Assembly (NCBI GenBank): GCA_046483985.1
Contig: JAWOCD010000037.1
Location: forward strand, 1-23,510
DNA from: Promethearchaeia archaeon
GTDB taxonomy: Archaea > Asgardarchaeota > Lokiarchaeia > Sigyniarchaeales > SOKP01
DNA: 23,510 nt
Direction of reading: 5' to 3'
Every line of letters starts with the position of its first letter. Positions within the stretch are counted from its first letter, which is position 1. The translations under genes were made by a program, and so were the position numbers. The notes under the pieces are model-generated. The model saw only the letters and a list, made by a program, of their open reading frames with translations. It was not told the origin of the DNA and searched no databases. Below are positions 8,259 to 17,254 of the stretch, piece after piece.

Positions 8259-9515
8259 GGAGTAAGACCCCGTCCCGTACGTCTTATTGGTGAAAATATA
8301 GACCGTTTCCTTTCCGTTTCCTTCGACTGGCTTCTGCAGTTTTAATTTAACCGTAATGGGATCGTCTTCTGTCCCTCGCGGGGTCTTTTCCGTCCGTTTT
8401 CCCTTATATTTCAAATCAATAGCGTCTTGATGGAGATAGGTGTCGTTTTGGTCGCCCATAATAATGAGATCATCCCCTTTCGTGAGGTATCCGTCGTTTA
8501 CCAGCACATCCGCCCATCCCGAATTGGGATTGTAGTGCGAGATATTTCCCACCTGGATATAACGATAATGGGATAAATTATACGGATAATTGTGCTGATG
8601 GTCTTCCTCGGTCATTCTCTTGAAGTAAAAGCCGGGCGTGAACCCTCGGTTATATACCCGTTTTAAGTCGGTGACCCACCGTCCCACCTTATTATCGGTA
8701 AACGTTCCCTCATAATAGGCTTCGATCGCCTCTCTGTAGGTTTTACTTACCACCTCAACGTAATGGGGGTGACGCATCCGCCCTTCGATCTTAAACGCGT
8801 CGATATTTGCCTCGATTAAATCGGGAATATATGCGATTGTGCAGAGATCCCGGGAGTTCATAAACCGCACGCCGTCGTAAATATACTCATTATTCTCTTT
8901 ATCCTTAACCCACCATCGTCTCCGACAAGGCTGGATACAGTTCCCCCGATTTGCCGATTTTTCCTCGCTTCCGCAGATATCTTGGGAGAAGTAGCACCTT
9001 CCGCTGACCGATGTACACATTGCCCCGTGAATGAAGGTTTCAATTTCCGCGGTGGTCATGTTCCGTTTTATCTCTTTAATCTTTTCAAGGGATAATTCTC
9101 TCGCAAGGATTAACCGTTCTGCCCCTAAATCTTGATAAAATCGTGCAGAAAGGGAGTTGGATATGTTGCATTGGGTGGACACGTGAAAGGGGATCCCTTT
9201 TTGCTTTGCCATCTGTATTACGGCAAGATCATGTGCTATGACCGCATCAACCTCCGCAGCATATGCTTCTGCAAGTATCCTCCGGATTTGGCTTAATTCG
9301 TCATCATACACCAAAATATTCGTCGCCAGGTAGGTTTTTAATCCGTGGTCATGGCAGTACTGGACAACCGGTTTTAACTCATCGAGGGCGAAATTTTCAG
9401 CCCGCATCCTCATGTTAAATTCCTTTATTCCGAAGTACACGGAATCTACATAGGATTTGCATGCCTTAATGGACTTCACATTCTTGGCGGGTGCGAGAAG
9501 TTCGACTTTTTTCAT
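8253..9515 (-). CDS. Peptidase U32 family protein (TrhP/RlhA-like Fe-S RNA hydroxylation family)
   Basis: 420 aa. ELLAPA, DSVYFG...FNMR.RA.NF, HVSTQ, LARELSL, E.FIHGAMC...SGRC...SANRG.C.QPCR and FKIEGRMR, plus a C-terminal beta-barrel region. Confidence 0.92.
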   Translation of the reverse strand: MKKVELLAPAKNVKSIKACKSYVDSVYFGIKEFNMRMRAENFALDELKPVVQYCHDHGLKTYLATNILVYDDELSQIRRILAEAYAAEVDAVIAHDLAVIQMAKQKGIPFHVSTQCNISNSLSARFYQDLGAERLILARELSLEKIKEIKRNMTTAEIETFIHGAMCTSVSGRCYFSQDICGSEEKSANRGNCIQPCRRRWWVKDKENNEYIYDGVRFMNSRDLCTIAYIPDLIEANIDAFKIEGRMRHPHYVEVVSKTYREAIEAYYEGTFTDNKVGRWVTDLKRVYNRGFTPGFYFKRMTEEDHQHNYPYNLSHYRYIQVGNISHYNPNSGWADVLVNDGYLTKGDDLIIMGDQNDTYLHQDAIDLKYKGKRTEKTPRGTEDDPITVKLKLQKPVEGNGKETVYIFTNKTYGTGSYSL

Positions 9516-9730
9516 AATACTCCGAAAACTTTTTTATATTAATGAGAGTTTTATATATAGATAAATTAAGACCTCTATTATTTATACTTCTTAAATGCAA
9601 GGTTTTTTTGATCTATTCTTTGAGTCAAAACCATAAATAAAATAAAATATTGCTTCATTTAAAGTTATTAAATCGAAATGTAACTGGAATAGGTCATATT
9701 TATAATCAATAGATTTTATTGGTGTGTAAG

Positions 9731-10189
9731 ATGAAAGGAGAAAGAGAACGGATATCAAAGGATGATTATTTTATGCAGCTGGCCGAGGTGGTGTCAAAAC
9801 GCTCGACATGTCTAAAGCGAAATGTGGGGGCCGTGTTAGTGAAAGGCGCGCATATCATCTCCACCGGCTATAACGGTGCGCCCTCCGGGTTCAAACATTG
9901 TACCCCCGAGAGCTGTGTGAGAAAAAATATTAAAAGCGGGGAGCGCCCGGAATTATGCAGAGGGGTGCATGCAGAGATCAATTGTATCATCCAAGCAGCA
10001 ATCCACGGGACATCCATCGAGGGCAATACCACCCTTTACTCCACCACATTTCCTTGCATGAATTGTCTCAAGCTTTTAATTAATTCGGGTATCAACCGTC
10101 TGGTTTATAAGGAGGGGTATAATATGGAGAACGCGATTAAGCAAGATCTCTTAAGAGAATCCGAGATTATCGTGCAGAAGTTCCCTTGA
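9731..10189 (+). CDS. dCMP deaminase family protein (ComEB-like)
   Basis: YFM.LA....RSTC..R.VGAVLV, TGYNG.P.G, HAEIN and PCMNC zinc motifs. ATG 9731 is preferred over TTG 9719 because GGTG precedes it. Confidence 0.9.
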   Translation: MKGERERISKDDYFMQLAEVVSKRSTCLKRNVGAVLVKGAHIISTGYNGAPSGFKHCTPESCVRKNIKSGERPELCRGVHAEINCIIQAAIHGTSIEGNTTLYSTTFPCMNCLKLLINSGINRLVYKEGYNMENAIKQDLLRESEIIVQKFP

Positions 10190-10220
10190 CTCTTAGTATA
10201 GTCAATTTCTTTCACATAAA

Positions 10221-11324
10221 TTAATCTTCAGTAGAATCTTCCTTATGTTTATGCCTGTGCTGGGAATTATGAGAATGCTCATGAGTGTGAGTCAATTTTC
10301 TATGTTTATGGGTAACCGTTTTATTTTGAGTATTATTAGCATTATGCTCTTCTGAAATAGGTTCTATCGTCTGAAGGTGTTTATCTTTTTCGAGACGAAG
10401 TGAGTGAGTATGGACTATTTTGCCGTGCGAATGGAGGTGAGCATGGTGATCTGTGGTTATTAATAATACTCCAATGAAAGTTAGGAAAAAGATAAAATAT
10501 CCAGCGAACCCAATCGTTTCTTGTAAAAAAAAAGCTGATAAAAGGGCTGCAATAAACGGAGAAGTAGAGAAAAGAATACTCGTTTTTATAGTTCCAATTT
10601 TTTTCAAAGCAGAGATAAACAAAATTATAGAAAATGCAAAAGAAAAAAGGCCTATAAAAAACACGTAAATATAGTTAGGAGGCGATAAAATAATCGGAAT
10701 TCCAAGCAGAAGTGAAAAGAGTAAGGAAGTTAGTCCTCCAAATATGCCTTTTATTGAAGTGATTTGAGCTGCTGATTTTTCACCAAGGGTTTGCGTAATG
10801 TTATTGTCTATTGCCCAAAAAAAACACCCTAATAGTAAAAAAATTACCCCCGGATTCAATAAGAGAGAAACCTTAACTATTTGAAAATCAATTGACCATA
10901 ATAACAAACAAATAATTACTAAAATAATTCCTATATCCCCTCTTTTACCTAACCGCTCATTAAATATTAAAGCTGCCAGAAGAATTGTAAAGATAACTTC
11001 AAAATTAAGGAATAAAGAAGTTTGAAAGGCGGTGCTGAAAAATAAACCGTATAATATAAAAAGTGGTGCCAATATACTCCCCGTCAGAATTATTATTAAC
11101 AATTTTGGTATATCTTGAACCTCCACCTGTGCTTGGACTTTTTGCACCTTAAAAAAAGCGGGTACCAATAAGAGCCCCGAAAGAAAATAAGTCCACCCAG
11201 AAAGAACCAGAGGTGTGATTTCTTCCAACAAAATTTTATTCAACGGGGTAGAAATTGCATATAGGAGTGCTGAGAGAAATGCGAAAAGGTACCCTAAGTT
11301 AAATTTTCGGTTTTCAAAGTGCAT
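10221..11324 (-). CDS. EamA/DMT family transporter with His-rich C-terminal tail
   Basis: About 10 TM segments in two EamA repeats (SLFLNFE...T...A....ER, WAIDNN.T, P.IAALLS....QE) and a His-rich tail. ATG 11324; alternative TTG start 11339. Confidence 0.85.
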   Translation of the reverse strand: MHFENRKFNLGYLFAFLSALLYAISTPLNKILLEEITPLVLSGWTYFLSGLLLVPAFFKVQKVQAQVEVQDIPKLLIIILTGSILAPLFILYGLFFSTAFQTSLFLNFEVIFTILLAALIFNERLGKRGDIGIILVIICLLLWSIDFQIVKVSLLLNPGVIFLLLGCFFWAIDNNITQTLGEKSAAQITSIKGIFGGLTSLLFSLLLGIPIILSPPNYIYVFFIGLFSFAFSIILFISALKKIGTIKTSILFSTSPFIAALLSAFFLQETIGFAGYFIFFLTFIGVLLITTDHHAHLHSHGKIVHTHSLRLEKDKHLQTIEPISEEHNANNTQNKTVTHKHRKLTHTHEHSHNSQHRHKHKEDSTED

Positions 11325-11508
11325 CAAATTACATAACAAAACAGCGATTAATAAATCTCATTATTAGAAATTAAAAATAGAAAAAATGAGTACTGAGCGT
11401 AAAAACTGTTATCCATTTAAACATTAGGGACAATCGTAAAATCTATTAAAAATGCAAAATTATTTAATCTCAAAATATTGAAAATTTGAAACGTGTGAAC
11501 TTAAGCAA

Positions 11509-12963
11509 ATGTCATCCCAAAATAATGACCTCGTTGTTATGAAATTCGGAGGATCTTGCCTTCAAGATCCCGAATCATTTAAACAGACGACCGATAACAT
11601 CGAAAAATATATCAATGACGCAAAAATCATTGTTGTCTGTTCTGCAATAAAAGGAGTCACCGATAAACTCATTAATTTTTACAATCGTTCGTGTATAGAA
11701 GGAAATGACGGAACTGAATGTAAAAAAATACTTGATGAATTACGAGAACGGCATAAACGGGTTATCGATCAGATTATCGAAAAGGATAAAGAGGAACATA
11801 AGGATGCAACTCAATTTTTAGAAAAGAATGTCGAGGAATTAAACCAATTAGGACGTGTCATCGGCTTAATCCGTCCCAGACTTGAAATCCAAGATATAAT
11901 TGTGTCATACGGTGAAAAGCTTAGTACTTATATTGTTACTCAGTATCTTAAATCCAGAAGATACGAGCCAGAATTTATTTCAACCGAGAAGATCATTAAA
12001 ACCGATGACAATTTTGGAAATGCCTTACCCTTATTGGAGGAAACAGAAGAACTAGTGATCGAGCATATAAAACCGTTGCTGGAAAATGAAAATAATAAAA
12101 AAATTATTTGCGTAACGGGGTATTACGGTTCTACCAAAAAGAAACAAATCACCACCTTGGGTCGAGGCGGTACGGATTTAACGGCCGCTATTATGGCATA
12201 TTCCCTCAAAGAGTATTTTTCCCCCAAAGTTATCTATTGGAAGGATGTAAAGGGGTTTCTGGATGCAGATCCGCGAATTGCAAAAAAAACGTCCCTCTTA
12301 AAAAGAATTTCTTATGTAGAAGCAAAAGAACTTGCCTTTTTTGGTTCAAAAGTCCTCCATCCCCTCTGTCTTGATGTAAATGAAAAGGGTAATATTCCCT
12401 CCGAAATACGACAGTTTGAGAACCCGGATTCCGAAGATTTCACGACTATCACGAAAGAGGTTGTCACGGACGATAAGATCATTAAAGCAGTGACCTCCAT
12501 GGACCAAATTTCAATGGTTACTATTTCAAGCGGCACAATGATCTCTTTACCGGGAACCGTTTCAAAATTATTCTCGCTCTTGGGAGACAATAACGTGAAT
12601 ATTAAGTTCATCTCTCAGAGTAGTTCTGAAAATAATATCACCTTTGGAATAGACCAAAAGGATTCGAGCAAGGTGAGCAGGCTACTGGGATTCTCGAAAT
12701 TTTTTGGGAAACAATGGTTTAACATAAAAATTGATAATGACATCTCACTCTTAGCAGTGATTGGTGCCGGAATGCTGCACACACCGGGAATTGCCGGAGA
12801 GATATTTACCACTTTGGGAGATAACGATATAAATGTGAGAGCAATCGCTCAAGGGTCCTCAGAACTCAACATCACCATTATCATTGCCAGAGAGGACTGT
12901 AAAAAGGCGGTAAATGTCCTTTACTCGTATTTTATCGATAACGGGATCAAAAAGGAGAATTAA
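11509..12963 (+). CDS. lysC: Aspartate kinase with two ACT domains
   Basis: VMKFGGS, VVCSA..GVTD.L, SYGEKLS, TTLGRGGTD.TA, DV.G...DPR, SY.EA.ELA.FG.KVLHP and two ACT domains (ISQSSSE, IAQGSSE). Confidence 0.93.
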   Translation: MSSQNNDLVVMKFGGSCLQDPESFKQTTDNIEKYINDAKIIVVCSAIKGVTDKLINFYNRSCIEGNDGTECKKILDELRERHKRVIDQIIEKDKEEHKDATQFLEKNVEELNQLGRVIGLIRPRLEIQDIIVSYGEKLSTYIVTQYLKSRRYEPEFISTEKIIKTDDNFGNALPLLEETEELVIEHIKPLLENENNKKIICVTGYYGSTKKKQITTLGRGGTDLTAAIMAYSLKEYFSPKVIYWKDVKGFLDADPRIAKKTSLLKRISYVEAKELAFFGSKVLHPLCLDVNEKGNIPSEIRQFENPDSEDFTTITKEVVTDDKIIKAVTSMDQISMVTISSGTMISLPGTVSKLFSLLGDNNVNIKFISQSSSENNITFGIDQKDSSKVSRLLGFSKFFGKQWFNIKIDNDISLLAVIGAGMLHTPGIAGEIFTTLGDNDINVRAIAQGSSELNITIIIAREDCKKAVNVLYSYFIDNGIKKEN

Positions 12964-13034
12964 TGCTTCCAATCGCATCTCTATCTTCTATATTTTGCTC
13001 TTAGATAAAAAAAGGAGAGTAAATTAGAGTTAGG

Positions 13035-14270
13035 TTAATAAAAATCTGCAAACTTCTTTTCTGCTATTTTTTTCCGATTTATTTGACGTTGTTTTTGTGA
13101 TAAATTATTCTGTAGAGCTTTGTTGCAGATTTCTTTTCCGATATTCACTTTTGGATTATTTGCCCAATTCACATCTAATAACAAGCATAAATAATAGACA
13201 GTCGATTGAATGAAAGCAATTAAATCTGCGATGGAAGACACTTCGGGGCTCTTCACGGATATACTCGCTGAGGGAACACTTTGCTTAATCAACGCTTGGA
13301 AAGTCGCATCTGCTTGATAATTTACTATGTTCTGGGCGGAATTCCCGTGTATATAATCAAGAGACGAGGGGAGCATCAAATCCGGCTCCTCATTCTCGAT
13401 TGTAAGGATTAACGGCGTTACGATCCCTTTTGTCCCTCCTAACAGATATTCCAAGACTGAATGCTGGCATAAGGGGGCTTCTTGATACGCTCCCATTAAT
13501 CCCTTTCCTTCCTTACCGGTACTTTCGGAAATCTCTTGTACCAATAACCCTGTGCTTCCTTCGAGATTGTGCGAATATGGCATGGAAAATAAGAGCCGAT
13601 AGTTTTGCTTATAAAGGGTATGAAGAAATATTGCATACTCTAAAGCGGGGTTTTTCTGGAAATTCATATAGGTCTTATAGGCATCCGACATACTTTCGAG
13701 GAACCCGTGCACATCGATACCGGCAATATAACCGGGCACTATGGCAACATTCGTGATCGAGGCGGCGAATCTTCCCGATAAATCGGGTACTCCCAATATC
13801 GGGCTCTTTAGGCTTTTTAGGAGATCATTCATGGGACCTCTGGAAGAGAGACCCAGAAATGGATACCCCTCTTCTATAAACGTGCCAATTGTGGAATTAA
13901 TATCCAGAGTTTTTCCGCTTCTGGAAATGGGAATTACCAAAGAATTTTCGGGGCTTGTTTCCTCAAGACATTGAGCAAGTTCCACCGATCGGGAATTCAT
14001 TATGGGATAGATCGAGACCTCAGAAAGATGTTGCAGGGCGAGCAATGTTTGAATTGACCCTCCCGTTCCGAGAACGATGAGGTTTTCAAATCCCTTTAAG
14101 GTGAATTTTTCCCTTGTTTTTTTGATCTTTTCAAAATCGATATATGATTGGGTATCCGTAAAGAAGGGTTCATCCCAGTGCGCTTTATTATCCTTTATCG
14201 TGTTAATCCCTTTTTGTCGTATTTCGTCCGTAATTTTGGGGTAATATTCAAGTACTAGATTTGGATTCAT
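13035..14270 (-). CDS. pgi: Glucose-6-phosphate isomerase-like SIS-domain protein (divergent PGI family)
   Basis: LGTGGS, ISRSGKT, SGRF, Q...ESTGKEGKG, QHS..E and P.V..GK match PGI-family motifs, with several substitutions. Confidence 0.65.
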   Translation of the reverse strand: MNPNLVLEYYPKITDEIRQKGINTIKDNKAHWDEPFFTDTQSYIDFEKIKKTREKFTLKGFENLIVLGTGGSIQTLLALQHLSEVSIYPIMNSRSVELAQCLEETSPENSLVIPISRSGKTLDINSTIGTFIEEGYPFLGLSSRGPMNDLLKSLKSPILGVPDLSGRFAASITNVAIVPGYIAGIDVHGFLESMSDAYKTYMNFQKNPALEYAIFLHTLYKQNYRLLFSMPYSHNLEGSTGLLVQEISESTGKEGKGLMGAYQEAPLCQHSVLEYLLGGTKGIVTPLILTIENEEPDLMLPSSLDYIHGNSAQNIVNYQADATFQALIKQSVPSASISVKSPEVSSIADLIAFIQSTVYYLCLLLDVNWANNPKVNIGKEICNKALQNNLSQKQRQINRKKIAEKKFADFY

Positions 14271-14460
14271 TTCACATCATGATATTTAAAGCAAATTTTA
14301 TATTATAATAGACTTTAATTTATTTAATTAATATTATTTATCCTTGAAAATTATTAATCCCTCTGGAAACACATCCAAACAAAAAAATTAAAATTGGATA
14401 AATATTATTTTTAATGATAAAATATATTGTCTTAATAAAATAAACAAAAAGAATTTTCTT

Positions 14461-14823
14461 ATGTCTGATGAGCAACTTAAATTCCTACTCGAAAACCTAA
14501 TGGATAACATTGATGGCATTCGCTCCGCGGCTTTAGTTTCTGATACTGGTTTGATCGTCCAAGCGGTCTTAGAAGAAGGAATTTCAGAGATAAAGTTAGC
14601 CGCGATGACCGCCACGATCCTATCCGTTGCTGAAAGAGTGCTAAAAGAATTGAAATCCGGAACCTTAGATGTATGCGTATTGCAAGGAGATGCCGGAAAT
14701 TTTGTCGTTATGGAAGCCGGAAATGAATTGATTTTAGCCGTATGTTTAGAATATAACGCAAGGATGGATACATGCTTTACAGAAATGAGAAAAATAAGCC
14801 AGCAAATAAAAACTATTTGCTAA
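14461..14823 (+). CDS. Roadblock/LC7 (MglB-like) domain protein
   Basis: 120 aa with L..L....DGIRSAALVS.TGL, LAAMTATILS.AER...EL..G.L....LQG..G..VV..AG.E.IL and a C-terminal helix, the canonical roadblock pattern. Confidence 0.92.
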   Translation: MSDEQLKFLLENLMDNIDGIRSAALVSDTGLIVQAVLEEGISEIKLAAMTATILSVAERVLKELKSGTLDVCVLQGDAGNFVVMEAGNELILAVCLEYNARMDTCFTEMRKISQQIKTIC

Positions 14824-14954
14824 AGCGCTAAAGTGCTTCCTCTTCTCCCGACCCGCTCTTTTTCTCCTTAGTTTTAGTTGAGAATGAGGCTAAGCCAACA
14901 CTCTTTCTTCGTGAACACTCAACCAATCTAATCTAAGTAAGGAATCTTGATTAT

Positions 14955-17186
14955 TTATTTCATTACTTCGAGGAAGCTTTTTAGCTCATCAATGAGTTTG
15001 GAACTTTTTTTAAGCTCCTTTTCGAGCAAATGTTTATTATCTCGCTCCGCCATGAGTTTCTCGAAGATTTCTTTATCTTTTTTGCTGTAATCTTTCATGA
15101 GATAAATCTGCTCTTCCTTTTTCTCAAGCTTTTCCTCCAAATTTCTAATTTTGGTTCTCAATCTATCGACAATTTGATTTAAAGATACCAAGTTATCTTT
15201 CTCGTCGAGCGTGTCCAGATAATAAACCTTCAAATTATCAAGGATATTCACATCGCATATCGGACATTTCTTTTGATTTGTTAACCAAAATTTCATGCAG
15301 TCCAGATGGAAGTAATGACCGTTCCCGCAGTCGCAAATTTTGCTGCCTTTTTTAAATTGTTTAAAACAGATGATGCATCCTTCAGAGGAGGGTTTTTTCT
15401 CATAGATCTTCAATTTTTGCTCGAGAAAATTGAGCTTGTTGATATCTTCTTCATAGGAGAGATACTTATCAAACGGGAAATTGATTTCCTCAAAAGTCGA
15501 TTCCAACTTGCTCATTTCATTCTCCAGTTTTTTCTTGGTTTGGAGGACACGGTTTTTATTTAGTTTAGGCAGTTCATAGGTTTCTTCGGATGCTGCGGTA
15601 TCCCCGACGATTGCTTCTTTCGTCCCATATTTCTTCTTAGTGTAGCGCTTTTTGTCAATGTTCACTTGCCCCGTGATTTCTTGCCGTTCAAATAGCTTTC
15701 TGAAGCAACTTATCAAGATGTCCTCGGAGATATTATATTTTTTCTCAAATAATGAAAAGGGAATACTGGCGCCCGTAGAAGAGTTGATATAATTTTTAAT
15801 TTCTTCTTGAACCCGTGAGGTCAGATCGTGAATTTGCTTATTGACCCTTTCAGCTTTTTTTTCTAAATTTCCTTTTTCATAATGTTTCGCCGCTAATTGA
15901 TAATTTTCTATCACCGTTGCTATATCATCCGAATCCAAGTTTAATCTGGCGATTTTTTGGTATGTATCTCCCATCTTTTCGAACTCCTGCTTCTTGCTAT
16001 AGAATTCCAACGCTTTATTGGCTAATATTTCCGCTTTATGGAGATTATCGTTATCCCTCGACAGATCACTCAATTGGAGGTATAGATCTCCGGCGTGCAG
16101 AAACTCTCCGGCATTTTTATGCTGGATTGCGGCCTTCTCGAGCGCGATTTCTGCCGCTTCGGTATTTCCTTTCACGAGATATTTTTTGGCTTGTATGCTT
16201 AATCCCTTGGCGGGTAATCCAATAAATTCAATAGTCATAATGAGGGACTTTAGGTAGGGGTCTTTTTTAGTCTTGTAAATATCTTGCCCAATTTCATAAA
16301 TCTTATTCACGGTCTTACTGAGATTACGCCCTCGATTTTCTAAAAGAATCCCCGAATACAGTTCCTCTCCGGATACTTTTCCGAATCGATTTACGAATAC
16401 GATTTCGCTTTTTTCAAAAATATCAATAACAAATACGAGATCCCCGAATTCAAATGTATCCAATTCACTTTTTGCATGACGAATACTTGACAAAATCCCG
16501 TGTTGGAATCCCTCTCCGGTATTGTTGATACTCACAACCTCTCGTTCACTATCCTTAAGAAAACACGTCGCCTCGTTAATCTTTAGGTTACTTAATTTTT
16601 TACTTATATGAGACCCATAGGAATCGATGTTTCCGCTTTCTAGTGCTAAGTTTGCTTTTTTAGCTTTATAGGATTGCAGTTCCACTTTTCCCAAGCTATT
16701 TAAATTTTTGGCGACAACTCTCAGGAATTTGTCACTGATATCAGAGATTTTATATTTTTCTTTTTTCTCGGTCTCGAATAGAGATTTAAACTCTTTATCC
16801 TTGCTCTCTTCTATTTTAATAAGCAAATTCTTTATTTTTTGCATTTTTTGATATAATAACTTCCCGTTCGGGGGCCACCCTTTAATATCAATCAAAATAA
16901 ATAGATTGATGACCTTTAAATTAATAAGAACCACGGCCACTTTTTTAAAAAAGAAGACTTGAATCAGCGGCTCGCTGATGTTGATGTTCTGCGAAAACTC
17001 GCGGAAAATATAATACAATGCCTTCGTTTTTGAACCTAAGATTGCCGGTTTTATTTTATATTTTCTCGATTTAATAGCGAATGATAAGGGCATTCCTTCG
17101 GCGTCGATAATTGCTAGATTCATAAAGTGAGGATTGGTACGGATAAGATCCACTAAAATTTTATCAAAATCTCGTTTTTTTACCAT
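14955..17186 (-). CDS. Multidomain putative E3 ligase: tandem Roadblock-like domains, TPR/SNAP-like repeats + winged helix (PCI-like), RING-H2, coiled coil
   Basis: 743 aa. RING-H2 at aa 604-644: CIIC-x12-C-x3-H-x2-H-x2-C-x3-W-x6-CPIC (nt 15255-15377). The other domains are read from residue patterns and are less certain. Confidence 0.75.
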   Translation of the reverse strand: MVKKRDFDKILVDLIRTNPHFMNLAIIDAEGMPLSFAIKSRKYKIKPAILGSKTKALYYIFREFSQNINISEPLIQVFFFKKVAVVLINLKVINLFILIDIKGWPPNGKLLYQKMQKIKNLLIKIEESKDKEFKSLFETEKKEKYKISDISDKFLRVVAKNLNSLGKVELQSYKAKKANLALESGNIDSYGSHISKKLSNLKINEATCFLKDSEREVVSINNTGEGFQHGILSSIRHAKSELDTFEFGDLVFVIDIFEKSEIVFVNRFGKVSGEELYSGILLENRGRNLSKTVNKIYEIGQDIYKTKKDPYLKSLIMTIEFIGLPAKGLSIQAKKYLVKGNTEAAEIALEKAAIQHKNAGEFLHAGDLYLQLSDLSRDNDNLHKAEILANKALEFYSKKQEFEKMGDTYQKIARLNLDSDDIATVIENYQLAAKHYEKGNLEKKAERVNKQIHDLTSRVQEEIKNYINSSTGASIPFSLFEKKYNISEDILISCFRKLFERQEITGQVNIDKKRYTKKKYGTKEAIVGDTAASEETYELPKLNKNRVLQTKKKLENEMSKLESTFEEINFPFDKYLSYEEDINKLNFLEQKLKIYEKKPSSEGCIICFKQFKKGSKICDCGNGHYFHLDCMKFWLTNQKKCPICDVNILDNLKVYYLDTLDEKDNLVSLNQIVDRLRTKIRNLEEKLEKKEEQIYLMKDYSKKDKEIFEKLMAERDNKHLLEKELKKSSKLIDELKSFLEVMK

Positions 17187-17254
17187 TTATATCAAGCCAG
17201 CTTTAATCTGATATGTTCACGTAATAATTCATATCGTATTACAATATAATTTTT

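Noticed and set aside
5812-9515. Diversity-generating retroelement TR/VR pair (also considered for the 306-bp repeats)
   Set aside because: Differences are mainly at third codon positions and involve all bases rather than being adenine-specific. No reverse transcriptase is in the window.
9731-10189. ComEB as evidence of a competence system explaining the DNA capture
   Set aside because: ComEB-like proteins are ordinary dCMP deaminases, and no DNA uptake genes are present.
14877-14923. Eukaryote-like SECIS element (helix GTTGAG/CTCAAC, ATGA at 14884, AA, GA at 14913)
   Set aside because: The segment between ATGA and GA cannot form the required upper helix, and neither flanking gene has an in-frame UGA.
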